A stretch of 64,000 nt of DNA, from the NCBI GenBank assembly GCA_021776055.1, contig JAJFGP010000116.1:13547-77546 (forward strand), read 5' to 3'. Numbering within the stretch: the stretch's first letter is position 1; each line of letters starts with the position of its first letter. Of the stretch, positions 17,770 to 26,931 are shown piece by piece. Below the pieces are notes generated by a model. That model ran no database searches, was not told the DNA's origin, and worked only from the letters and a program-made list of their open reading frames with translations. Made by a program: the position numbers and the translations under genes. This DNA comes from Kiloniellaceae bacterium (GTDB lineage: Bacteria > Pseudomonadota > Alphaproteobacteria > Kiloniellales > J153).

Positions 17770-19581
17770 CTAAGTCAGCGCAAGCTTTTTGTAGCGCTTC
17801 CAGCAACGATCAAAGTGTGACCGTCCCTCAACCAGACGGCACACCTGCCAACCGGTCACCAGGCCGGTGGCATGTGCGATCTCGGGCCTGCCACCGTCTT
17901 CCGGATAAACCTGCGCCAGTTCCTGAAGCAAACTGCGACCGGTGGCCGCGTCGTTCAGCCCACCCAACGAGTCTTGGATGGCGGACAGTGCCCGGACCGC
18001 CTTAGCAACCGCCTTACCTTCGAACAGACCCCCAAAGAATTCAAAAGCATATCGCATCTTTTTGGCTTCGATTCGAAGCCGATGTAACTGCGCCTCGTCA
18101 AGCTTCTCGCGATTGCGGCCGCGTTTTCGTAGCTTGCGGTCACGTTCGGCGAAGAGTTCCTCGGCGAATTCCCGCGCCGGCCGGTCAAGTCTGGGATCCA
18201 CTCTGACCCCTGGAGAGAGATTACCCGCGCGACGCGTTTCCGGCGATCCAACATGCGGGTCTGCCATCTCCGCCGGGGGGCTCGGGTCTTCCTCGGTAAG
18301 CGGCTCGTCCAGGAACAGCAGCGCCTCGTCATGCTGCCGCCGACCGTGACCACGCCGGCGACGCTTGCTAGATTGCTTGGCCATAACGTCCTTGGCGGTA
18401 GCGGGCGCCGATTCATCCGCGCAAGGCCTCGCGCTACCCCGCGCTGCCAGCAAGGGACCATTGGTCGGCATATCATCCTGCGACAGCCAAAGATTGAGTT
18501 GCAGGACGAGACGGGAATAGCGAGGGCCCCGCACAGCGGCCCGGGCGCGCTCATAGGCGGTACACCGCAATGCACCGGCATCGGCTAGCAATTGCGCCAA
18601 GCCGGTATCCTCCGGCTGGCCAGCCGCAAGCGGCTCCAGGCTCTCGGCGATGAAGACGTCCCAATCACGGGCTGGCCCGAGTTCGCGCTGCAACCAACCT
18701 AATTCCCCGGATAACAGCTCGAACCGCACGGTCGGCAGGAAGCGGCGAACGGCCTGTAGCAAGGCGCGCAAGCGGCGAATGCCAACGCGCATCTGATGAA
18801 TGCCCTCGGGATTGGTACCGCCAAGAACCGCGGGTTCGTTTGCCCGGAAATGATCCCGGCAAGCACGGGCGATGGTCAGGATCGCATCTCGCAAGCTGAT
18901 GCCCGATGCCAGGGCCGGACGCTCGCCATAAACCGGTGGCGGCACAACATTCGTGGCCAAGTCGTACCCACGTCGCGCCTTGGTTCGCGATTCGAGGCGA
19001 AACGGCACACTTTCATGTAATGCCAGGGCAAGCTCGTAGATTCGCGACGGCCGCCCAGAAACCAACTCAAGCTCAGCCTCGCAGATCGGCATGCTTCGAT
19101 CACCGGAGCGGATCTCGCCACGATCAAGCGCCAATTCGATTGTGGTCTCTTCCAGCGCCAAGCGCAGACGGCGGCGCGCGAAATCGGTAACGAACACCGG
19201 CGCAACACTATCGGCCAGCTTCTCTTTATCGATGAATGTGCGTAGGTGCTTTTCCGTAATGCTCGACAGTTGGGGACGCTCACCTTTGATCTCGCACTCA
19301 TATTCCTTGAAATGCTGCAGGCCGCTAGTTCCGTTTGCGGGAACCTTGAGAGTCTGCACGCGCCGCCGCCCCATGCGGCGTACGCGCAATGCCATCTCGC
19401 GCTCGCGCAGACGGCGGGCCGGCGTATCGAAATAGGTACTGAAGAGCCGCTGCGCGGCGGCCCGGTCGCAAGTCAGCGAGTGCAACAGCGGGTTGCGCGA
19501 CAAGCTCGTGACTTGCGCGGGCGTCAACTCAAGCTTGAGTTCGTATTCGTCCCCAATCCGCCCCGGCAGACGTGGTGACAC
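17770..19581 (-). CDS. CYTH domain + CHAD domain protein (triphosphate tunnel metalloenzyme fused to a polyphosphate-granule-binding domain)
   Basis: N-terminal EYELKLEL...CEAELELV (CYTH ExExK and EAELE). CHAD helices IHQMRVGIRRLRALL and LHRLRIEAKKMRYAFEFF. GTG start at 19581 is uncertain. Confidence 0.8.
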   Translation of the reverse strand: MSPRLPGRIGDEYELKLELTPAQVTSLSRNPLLHSLTCDRAAAQRLFSTYFDTPARRLREREMALRVRRMGRRRVQTLKVPANGTSGLQHFKEYECEIKGERPQLSSITEKHLRTFIDKEKLADSVAPVFVTDFARRRLRLALEETTIELALDRGEIRSGDRSMPICEAELELVSGRPSRIYELALALHESVPFRLESRTKARRGYDLATNVVPPPVYGERPALASGISLRDAILTIARACRDHFRANEPAVLGGTNPEGIHQMRVGIRRLRALLQAVRRFLPTVRFELLSGELGWLQRELGPARDWDVFIAESLEPLAAGQPEDTGLAQLLADAGALRCTAYERARAAVRGPRYSRLVLQLNLWLSQDDMPTNGPLLAARGSARPCADESAPATAKDVMAKQSSKRRRRGHGRRQHDEALLFLDEPLTEEDPSPPAEMADPHVGSPETRRAGNLSPGVRVDPRLDRPAREFAEELFAERDRKLRKRGRNREKLDEAQLHRLRIEAKKMRYAFEFFGGLFEGKAVAKAVRALSAIQDSLGGLNDAATGRSLLQELAQVYPEDGGRPEIAHATGLVTGWQVCRLVEGRSHFDRCWKRYKKLALT

Positions 19582-19689
19582 CGGCCCCTCCCCATGGTCT
19601 CAGCCAATCGTCAAATTGGCACAGGTCCGGGGCAAACTCCCGTTACAGAAATATGACCGATATGTGAAGAACGGCACGACCGATCAGGG

Positions 19690-20655
19690 CTATCGCTGGC
19701 GGTCAGCCTTCGTTTTGGGCAACGCATAGTGCGACCGCTTTACACCGAAGCCGCGGCGAAAGGCGGCGGCTGCCGCTGGCCCGGGCGGATTAAGCGCCAA
19801 CTCGCGCACCGCCCGAGTCAACGATTCCAGATGCGCGCCCAGGGCAGCTTCGCCGGCTGCATCGCCTGCAGGGGGCAGATCGGCCCGGAAGCGCGGGTCC
19901 TGTATGGCCCGCTCCCACAAATGCGTTAGCCAATCCAGGCCAGTCGGCTGCGCACAGCCAAACGTTACATGGATACAGGCAGCGCTGCTGGCCAGGGCAT
20001 CGTGAAATTGGCCGCGGGGCAGATAGAGAAGATCGCCGGGGCGCATGGCAACCTCTTGCGCGACCCGCCCTTTCATGCGATCGCATTCCGCCTGCGGGAT
20101 ATTGTAGAAGGCGGCATGCTCGACCGGGTTGTCCAACCGCCCCTCGTACACGCGCCAATTCTTTTCCCCCAACACGTGCAGGGCAAAGACATCATGCCGG
20201 TCGTAGTGAGAATCGAAGGCTGGTTGCTGCCGCCACGAGCAGTAGAGATTCGCCGAGACCTTGGCGCCGAGCAAATTGCCGATGGTTTCCGCCACCGCCA
20301 GGGTGCCGGGGTGCAGCGTCTCGATGTTGTTGAGAACCAGCGACGCGCCCTGCCCCAACAACCCCATAACCTTGGCCGAGTCCGGCTGCATGACCTGCCG
20401 TTGATTGCGATTGACGGTTGTCTGCGAATAGGCGATCGGCGGCACCCGTTGTTTGTTCAGGACGAGCTGCAAAGTATTGGCATCCCACACATCCATGCCA
20501 AGGATACGGTTCAGTTCATCCCATGACATGACCGAGGCGAACTTATCCGGCTGCCCCGGGATATGCAGGGGCGTGCGGCCAAAGTGGTCAGCGAAAAACG
20601 CGTCCACGCCGACCGGTTGGAGCAGTTGTTCGAAGCTCGTGATCGTCTCGCTCAT
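19690..20655 (-). CDS. JmjC/cupin_4-type Fe(II)/2-oxoglutarate oxygenase-like protein
   Basis: HYD...H facial-triad context (FDSHYDRHDVFALHVLGEKNWRVY, later CIHVTF). Start at MSETITSF (ATG 20655). Confidence 0.65.
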   Translation of the reverse strand: MSETITSFEQLLQPVGVDAFFADHFGRTPLHIPGQPDKFASVMSWDELNRILGMDVWDANTLQLVLNKQRVPPIAYSQTTVNRNQRQVMQPDSAKVMGLLGQGASLVLNNIETLHPGTLAVAETIGNLLGAKVSANLYCSWRQQPAFDSHYDRHDVFALHVLGEKNWRVYEGRLDNPVEHAAFYNIPQAECDRMKGRVAQEVAMRPGDLLYLPRGQFHDALASSAACIHVTFGCAQPTGLDWLTHLWERAIQDPRFRADLPPAGDAAGEAALGAHLESLTRAVRELALNPPGPAAAAAFRRGFGVKRSHYALPKTKADRQR

Positions 20656-20674
20656 GGCCCGCCCCTCCAGGCAA

Positions 20675-21454
20675 TCACAGGGTGCCGGGGAAAGCACCGC
20701 CATCGAGCAAAAGATTTTGCCCGGTAATGAAACCAGCATGTTGACCGCATAAGAAAGCGCAGGCTTCGCCAAACTCCGCCGGATCGCCAAAGCGGCCCGC
20801 CGGGTTGGACTGCATGCGCTCGTCCCAAACGTCCTGGAACGGCCGCCCCGCGTTCTTGGCAACAGTGGTCACGTTCGCCGTTAGGCGGTCGGTTTCGAAC
20901 GGTCCCGGCAACAGGTTGTTGATGGTGACGTTGTGGCGCACGGTCTTGCGCGCGATACCGGCGACAAATCCCGTCAGCCCGGCGCGAGCGCCGTTCGACA
21001 GGCCGAGGATGTCGATGGGCGCCTTTACCGCCGAGGAGGTGATGTTGACGATGCGCCCGAAGCGGCGCTCGATCATACCGTCGACGGTGGCCTTAATCAG
21101 CTCGATCGGGGTGAGCATATTGCCGTCCAGCGCCTTGATCCAATCGTCCCGCGTCCAGTTTCGGAAATCGCCCGGCGGCGGACCGCCCGCGTTGTTGACC
21201 AGGATATCCGGTGCCGGACAGGCAGCCAGCGCGGCCTGCCGACCCTCGGCTGTGGTGATGTCGGCGGCGACTGGTGTCACGGTAACGCCGTAAGAACCGG
21301 CCATCTCGGCGGCCGCGGATTCCAACGGTCCTTGTGTGCGGGCGACAATCGTGACCGACACCCCTTCACGCGCCAGGGCGTTGGCGCAGGCACGGCCCAA
21401 CCCCTTGCTGGCGGCGCAGACCAGCGCCGATTTGCCCCGCAGTCCAAGATCCAT
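20675..21454 (-). CDS. SDR family oxidoreductase
   Basis: Glycine-rich NAD(P)-binding N-terminus (CAASKGLGRA), NNAGG, and length typical of classical SDRs. Confidence 0.75.
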   Translation of the reverse strand: MDLGLRGKSALVCAASKGLGRACANALAREGVSVTIVARTQGPLESAAAEMAGSYGVTVTPVAADITTAEGRQAALAACPAPDILVNNAGGPPPGDFRNWTRDDWIKALDGNMLTPIELIKATVDGMIERRFGRIVNITSSAVKAPIDILGLSNGARAGLTGFVAGIARKTVRHNVTINNLLPGPFETDRLTANVTTVAKNAGRPFQDVWDERMQSNPAGRFGDPAEFGEACAFLCGQHAGFITGQNLLLDGGAFPGTL

Positions 21455-21473
21455 CGTCTCCTCCTTAAAGCGC

Positions 21474-22178
21474 TTAAGTGCCAGCCGTCATCGGCGGCTG
21501 TTCGGCAAGGACCCGGCGTGCCAGGGGCACCGTAATCTCGCGCCGGTCGGCCAAGGCAACGCTGTCCATGGCGGCCACGATGCTGCGCGCCGCAGCAAAC
21601 GAGCGCTCCATGCGGGCCGTCAAGAAGTGCACGACACCGGCATCGGCGCGCAACTGCCGGTCGGCGAACAGCTTTACCAGCACGGCCTCGATCAACGCAT
21701 CGTCCGGGGGCGCCATGGCCACCGCCGTCGCCGCGCGCAACCGTGAGCCAAGGTCTGGCAAATCGATGGGCCAACGCGCCGGTGGTGTCTGCGCGGTCAG
21801 CAGAAGATGGCCGCCGCGCTCGCCAAGGAAATTGTAGAGATGCAGCAGGCGCTCCTCGACCAACCGGCCGGTTGCGAGCGCCGCGTCCACATCCTCCAAC
21901 GCAACCGCCGTCGCCGCACCGATTAGCTCGGGTGGCTCGGCGGCGGCCAGAGACTCTGGCGTGATCTCCACCGCGCCGGAAAGCGTACGCCAGACATGGC
22001 ACAGATGCGTCTTGCCGCACGCCGCCGGCCCGTGCAGCGCCATGGCCACACCGGACCAGTCCGGCCAGCGGTCAATCCAGGCGACCGCAACCTCGTTGCA
22101 CGGCGCCAACAAGAAATCTTCGCGGCCAAGAGCCGGGCGTTGCCCCAAATCCAGCGGCAGCTGCGCTGTCCCGCTCAT
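21474..22178 (-). CDS. hdaA: DnaA regulatory inactivator HdaA
   Basis: N-terminal clamp-binding-like QLPLDL, AAA+ Walker A GPAACGKTHL, about 230 aa. ATGA overlap with the upstream permease gene. Confidence 0.8.
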   Translation of the reverse strand: MSGTAQLPLDLGQRPALGREDFLLAPCNEVAVAWIDRWPDWSGVAMALHGPAACGKTHLCHVWRTLSGAVEITPESLAAAEPPELIGAATAVALEDVDAALATGRLVEERLLHLYNFLGERGGHLLLTAQTPPARWPIDLPDLGSRLRAATAVAMAPPDDALIEAVLVKLFADRQLRADAGVVHFLTARMERSFAAARSIVAAMDSVALADRREITVPLARRVLAEQPPMTAGT

Positions 22179-23275
22179 TCGCTAGGTCCACTGTCAGTGT
22201 CGTAATATGGGCTCGCCAAATAGCGGGTCAGCGCAAAGCGCGTGCCGACGCCAACCACCGCCGCCACCGGCACGGCAAGCAACACCCCGACAAAACCGAA
22301 CAGCGCCCCACCGGCCAGGATGGCGAAGATTACCCACACGGGATGCAAGCCGACACTGCGCCCGACGAGGCGGGGCGTCAGCACATTTCCTTCCAGGGCT
22401 TGTCCGACGAAGAAGATGGCCGCGACAACGGCGATCCGTATCCAGTCATCAAACTGCAAAAATGCCAAACCGACGGATAGCAACAGCCCAACAACCGATC
22501 CCACGTAGGGAATGAACGAGAGCAATCCGGCAATCAGGCCAATAACCAGGCCGAATTCCAGGCCGGCTACGGAAAGTCCGACCGCGTAAAAGATGCCGAG
22601 CAGCAGGCACACCGTGCCCTGACCACGCAGAAAGCCGGCAAGAGTGCGGTCGACCTCGCCCGCTAGCTCGCGGATGGTCGCAGCGTGGCCGCGCGGCAGC
22701 CAACCGTCAACGGTTCCGGCAATGCGGTCCCAATCGCGTAGCAGATAGAAGGTTACAACCGGCGTGATGACGACGAGCGACAGAACGTTCGCGACCGCCG
22801 CGCCGCCACTTAGCACACCGGCAATCACATGGGTGGTCCAGGCAAACAAGCGATTGGCCGATTCGGCTAGCGCGCCCTGGATACGCTCCATAACCGCCGG
22901 ATCGACACGGCTCTCGACCATGGCCAACAGACCTGAAATCTGCTCACGCAGGGCCTGCGCAAAGGCCGGTGCGCGCTCCACCAGATTGGCAAGCTGACCG
23001 ACGATTGTCGGCACCAGCAGCATCAGGGCGGCGGCTACGATCAGCAGGAACAGGATCGTGAGTACCGTGGTTGCCAGGGTGCGCGACAGCCCCCAGCGCT
23101 CCAACCGGTCGCAAATCGGATCAAGCAGATAGGCCACCGCCATACCCGCGACGAAGGGCAGCAGGACGCCACGCAGCAGGTATATTGCAACGAGCGCAAC
23201 GGCGAGGCCGATGAGCCAGAATCTGATTTGCCGCCCTACGTTCATCAGGCCACCTCGTTCCACCCGCCGGGCCAT
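22175..23275 (-). CDS. AI-2E family transporter (PerM-like permease)
   Basis: Polytopic membrane protein with the family-typical FIPYVG motif (LSFIPYVGSVVG). Alternative start at ATG 23245. Confidence 0.8.
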   Translation of the reverse strand: MARRVERGGLMNVGRQIRFWLIGLAVALVAIYLLRGVLLPFVAGMAVAYLLDPICDRLERWGLSRTLATTVLTILFLLIVAAALMLLVPTIVGQLANLVERAPAFAQALREQISGLLAMVESRVDPAVMERIQGALAESANRLFAWTTHVIAGVLSGGAAVANVLSLVVITPVVTFYLLRDWDRIAGTVDGWLPRGHAATIRELAGEVDRTLAGFLRGQGTVCLLLGIFYAVGLSVAGLEFGLVIGLIAGLLSFIPYVGSVVGLLLSVGLAFLQFDDWIRIAVVAAIFFVGQALEGNVLTPRLVGRSVGLHPVWVIFAILAGGALFGFVGVLLAVPVAAVVGVGTRFALTRYLASPYYDTDSGPSE

Positions 23276-23297
23276 GCCTTGTGTGGCACGGCAGCGG

Positions 23298-23864
23298 TCA
23301 TTCGTTCCGTTCCATAATCACCGCCATCCAACCCCATTTGATGACATAGGCCGCGCCGGAAAGAAACGTTGTCATGGCCACGATGAAGGTCAGCATCTCG
23401 GGGACGGCATCCAGCGCGACGCCAAGTGCTGGCTTGGCCAAAACGGCAGCAGCCAAAGTGATCTGAGCTGCGGTGTTCACCTTGCTAATGAACAAAGGCG
23501 CCATGTGCAAGGAGTGGGTAAGGGTCTGGAACAATAACGCACCGCCGATGATCAGGACATCGCGGAAAACGATCAGAATGACCAGCCAAACGGGCACTTG
23601 CCCCACGTATCCCAGCGTTACAAAGACCCCGACCAGAAGGGCCTTGTCGGCCAGCGGGTCCAGGTAAGCCCCGATTTCGCTTTCCAGCTTCAAGCGCTTG
23701 GCAAGCGCCCCGTCGACCGCGTCGGAGATACCGGCGGCAACGAACACCCAAAAGGCCGGCAGTAGCTCACCTAAGAGGATCAGGTAGATCGTGACCGGCA
23801 CCGCGAGCAGGCGGGCCAGCGAAATGAAATTCGGGAGTTGCTGCAGCAGGCCGCGCAGGATCAC
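23298..23864 (-). CDS. CDP-alcohol phosphatidyltransferase family protein (PgsA-like)
   Basis: Signature DAVDGALAKR...GAYLDPLADK (DGx2ARx8Gx3Dx3D). ATGA overlap with the DUF2066 gene. Confidence 0.8.
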   Translation of the reverse strand: MILRGLLQQLPNFISLARLLAVPVTIYLILLGELLPAFWVFVAAGISDAVDGALAKRLKLESEIGAYLDPLADKALLVGVFVTLGYVGQVPVWLVILIVFRDVLIIGGALLFQTLTHSLHMAPLFISKVNTAAQITLAAAVLAKPALGVALDAVPEMLTFIVAMTTFLSGAAYVIKWGWMAVIMERNE

Positions 23865-25045
23865 TCGCTTGCCGGCAGGCTGGGCGAAATAATTTCCGGA
23901 GGTGGTATCGTGGCGGGCTCCGATGTGGCGTTCGGGGCATCACTCAGCCGAACCTGCCAGCCGGAGACCGGGTTGAGAGTCAGGCTGAGGTCCCGTTGCG
24001 CCAGGGCCAGGATCAGTTGTTGCTCGTCGCCGACATAGGTGAGGTCCACTTCGGTACGCTTGCGCGACATCAAGGTGACCTCGCTTTTCTGCACCGCGGC
24101 GACGCCACCCAGGCGGCGCTTGACCTCCAGCCAGTCGGCCAGACCGGTAATGGGTGCCGAAACGACAATCCGCCGTTGCGAGCCAGGCCGTAGCAAGTTG
24201 CGTTGCTTCCAGGCCTCCTGCAGATCGGCATCGACCCCGTTAGCCGCCCGGATCAGAAGTTCCGCCAGCGTTTCCCCCGGCTCCTGCTCATAGCTGGCGA
24301 GCATGGTCTGCAGCTGTTGTGTCCCAATGCGGCTGGAGCCGACCTGTAGTGTCGCAAACCCCGCCTCGGCATCGCCGCTCACGAGGGCCTGAGTGACCAG
24401 CACGTCCTCGGTACCATACCGTTTTGCCAGGGCGGCCAGGCGCGCACGATCACCCGAAAGGGCCTGGTTGGTATCGATACTTGCCACATCGCCCAGATCG
24501 CCCAACGGCACCTGCAGCGGTACCAGCCATTCGCCCGGCCGGCGCAACGCCCAGGCCCGCGCCCAGGGATTGGCATCCTCCCACAACACTGCCTCCCCGG
24601 CAGGCCCGAAAACGGCCAAAACCAGGACCGGCTTGCTCTGGGTCTCGGCGAACAGCAAGCCACCGGTGCGTAAGAGATTGCGCACCGCGTCCGCCTTGAA
24701 GCGGAAAGTCAGGCGGGCGAGATAGCGGACATCCGAGGTCCGCTCGTCCTTGACCTCAAAATCCCGCACGAATTGCACGATTTCGGGGAGCAGCAGATCA
24801 CGCATGGCCGCCAACTCTTCGCGCGGCAACAGGCGGGCTAGCAGCTTTTGCATGGCCAGAACATGGCCCTCGGCATGCGCCGCCTCCCGCGCCGCGGCGG
24901 CGGTTTCGGCGGTCGCATCTACGTCGATATCGCTGACCGTAAAGACGTCAGCCAGAGCGTTGCCGGTACGCGGCGCCACGGCGGCGCCCAAGGCAAAGAC
25001 GAGAATTCCTAGAAACAACGCGCCACGGAGTCGGCGAAACGGCAT
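23861..25045 (-). CDS. DUF2066-like secreted hypothetical protein
   Basis: Signal peptide from ATG 25045 (MPFRRLRGALFLGILVFALGAAVA). First gene of a four-gene overlapping string. Family name is from memory. Confidence 0.55.
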   Translation of the reverse strand: MPFRRLRGALFLGILVFALGAAVAPRTGNALADVFTVSDIDVDATAETAAAAREAAHAEGHVLAMQKLLARLLPREELAAMRDLLLPEIVQFVRDFEVKDERTSDVRYLARLTFRFKADAVRNLLRTGGLLFAETQSKPVLVLAVFGPAGEAVLWEDANPWARAWALRRPGEWLVPLQVPLGDLGDVASIDTNQALSGDRARLAALAKRYGTEDVLVTQALVSGDAEAGFATLQVGSSRIGTQQLQTMLASYEQEPGETLAELLIRAANGVDADLQEAWKQRNLLRPGSQRRIVVSAPITGLADWLEVKRRLGGVAAVQKSEVTLMSRKRTEVDLTYVGDEQQLILALAQRDLSLTLNPVSGWQVRLSDAPNATSEPATIPPPEIISPSLPASE

Positions 25046-25125
25046 TGCAAAGCGCCCTGGATCAAGTATTTTCGCCCGCACGCAACAGGGACGGACGAGC
25101 TATGGGTTCGTTGCCTTAATACTCC

Positions 25126-26211
25126 ATGTGGCGGGAGGACGCTATAGCAAGCCGCACCCCCCTCACCTACGGTGACGCCGGTGTCGACATCGATGCCGGC
25201 AATGCCCTGGTGGACGCGATCAAGCCCCTGGCCGGTGCCACGGCCCGGCCCGGCTCCGCCGCCGGCCTGGGCGGGTTCGGGGCGTTTTTCGACCTGAAGG
25301 CCGCGGGCTTTAGCGATCCGATCCTGGTCGCCGCCACCGACGGCGTGGGCACCAAGCTGAAAATCGCCATCGCCGCCGGCCGGCACGACACCATCGGCAT
25401 CGATCTAGTGGCCATGTGCGTCAACGACCTGATAGTCCAGGGGGCGGAACCCCTGTTTTTTCTCGACTACTACGCCACGGCCAAGCTCGATGTGACCGTC
25501 GGACAGGCTATCGTGGCCGGTATCGCCACCGGCTGCAGCGCGGCGGGCTGCGCTCTGGTTGGCGGCGAGACGGCGGAGATGCCTGGCCTTTATGCCACCA
25601 GCGACTATGACCTGGCCGGATTTGCGGTTGGCGCGGTGGAACGCGGTCAGGCGCTCACCGGGGCCGATGTGGCGGAGGGCGACGTGATCCTCGGCCTCGC
25701 CTCAAGCGGCTTGCATTCCAATGGCTTCTCGCTGGTGCGTAAAGTCGTCTCGGAATTGAAAATCGACTACGGCGCGGCCGCGCCCTTCGATTCCAAGACC
25801 AACTTGTCGGCGGCCCTGCTGACCCCGACGCGCATCTATGTACGGAGCTGCCTGACGGCGATCCGCGCCGGCGGCGTGCATGCCCTGGCGCATATCACCG
25901 GTGGCGGCCTATTGGAGAATCTGCCTCGGATCCTGCCGGATAACTTAACGGCCGAGATCGATGGAAGCACCTGGCCGGTGCCGCCGGTCTTCGGCTGGCT
26001 GACAGGCGATGGTGGCGTGCCCGCGGCCGAGATGCTGCGCACCTTCAACTGCGGTATCGGCATGGCCATCGTGGTCGCCCCCGACCGGGCGGACGCTCTG
26101 ACCAAGATACTGACCGAACACGGCGAGCAGGTCTTCCGCATCGGCCGCATCGGGCCAGCCGGTGCCTCGCGGGTGGCCATCGACCCAGGAGCCGTATCCT
26201 GGCAACCTTGA
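25126..26211 (+). CDS. purM: phosphoribosylformylglycinamidine cyclo-ligase
   Basis: [30 protein letters not shown]. Confidence 0.92.
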   Translation: MWREDAIASRTPLTYGDAGVDIDAGNALVDAIKPLAGATARPGSAAGLGGFGAFFDLKAAGFSDPILVAATDGVGTKLKIAIAAGRHDTIGIDLVAMCVNDLIVQGAEPLFFLDYYATAKLDVTVGQAIVAGIATGCSAAGCALVGGETAEMPGLYATSDYDLAGFAVGAVERGQALTGADVAEGDVILGLASSGLHSNGFSLVRKVVSELKIDYGAAAPFDSKTNLSAALLTPTRIYVRSCLTAIRAGGVHALAHITGGGLLENLPRILPDNLTAEIDGSTWPVPPVFGWLTGDGGVPAAEMLRTFNCGIGMAIVVAPDRADALTKILTEHGEQVFRIGRIGPAGASRVAIDPGAVSWQP

Positions 26212-26831
26212 GCGGGCGCATCCCCGTCGCGGTTCTGATCTCGGGCCGCGGCAGCAATCTGCAAGCCCTCATCGACGCGTGCACCGACCCCACTTACCCG
26301 GCCGAAATCGTGCTGGTGATCGCAAACGTCCCCGGCGCCGCCGGCCTGGACAGAGCTGCCGCCGCCGGCATCGCCACCGAAACCATCGATCACCGCGATT
26401 TCGCCGAACGCGATGCCTTCGAAGCCGCGCTGACCGCCGCCCTGACCAAGGCCGGCGCCGAGATCGTTTGCATGGCCGGCTTCATGCGCATCGTCGGCCC
26501 CGCCTTCGTCGCCCGCTGGGCCGACCGCCTGCTGAACATCCATCCGTCCCTGCTCCCCGCCTTTCCCGGTTTGCACACCCACGCCCGCGCCTTGGCCGCC
26601 GGCGTGAAGGTGCACGGCTGCACAGTCCACATCGTCCGCCCCGAACTGGACGACGGCCCCATCGTCGGTCAGGCCGCCGTTCCGGTCCTTCCCGGCGACG
26701 ACGAGGAAAGCCTAGCGGCGCGGGTGTTGGTAGTGGAGCATCTGCTTTACCCTCGCTGCCTGCGCCTGGTAGCCAGCGGCCATGCCACCCTGCCCGAAGG
26801 CAGTGCGCATCTGATCAACCCGACGGCTTAA
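26208..26831 (+). CDS. purN: phosphoribosylglycinamide formyltransferase
   Basis: [31 protein letters not shown] start overlapping the purM stop. Confidence 0.9.
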   Translation: MSGRIPVAVLISGRGSNLQALIDACTDPTYPAEIVLVIANVPGAAGLDRAAAAGIATETIDHRDFAERDAFEAALTAALTKAGAEIVCMAGFMRIVGPAFVARWADRLLNIHPSLLPAFPGLHTHARALAAGVKVHGCTVHIVRPELDDGPIVGQAAVPVLPGDDEESLAARVLVVEHLLYPRCLRLVASGHATLPEGSAHLINPTA

Positions 26832-26931
26832 ATTGCGGTTCGGCTGTCAGATGGCAGCGGCGGCAAAAATTCGGTACTATCTGTGATACGGAACCGCCGC
26901 TGGCGCTTTTGAACGGAGAGGAAAGAGGCCC

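Noticed and set aside
25836-26630. 264-aa minus-strand ORF across the purM/purN junction. Similar antisense or out-of-frame ORFs occur at 21277..22020, 27415..28305, 54154..54903, 58456..59331 and 59877..60626.
   Set aside because: All overlap genes with clear family motifs on the other strand or in another frame, and none shows a motif of its own. I treat them as non-coding.
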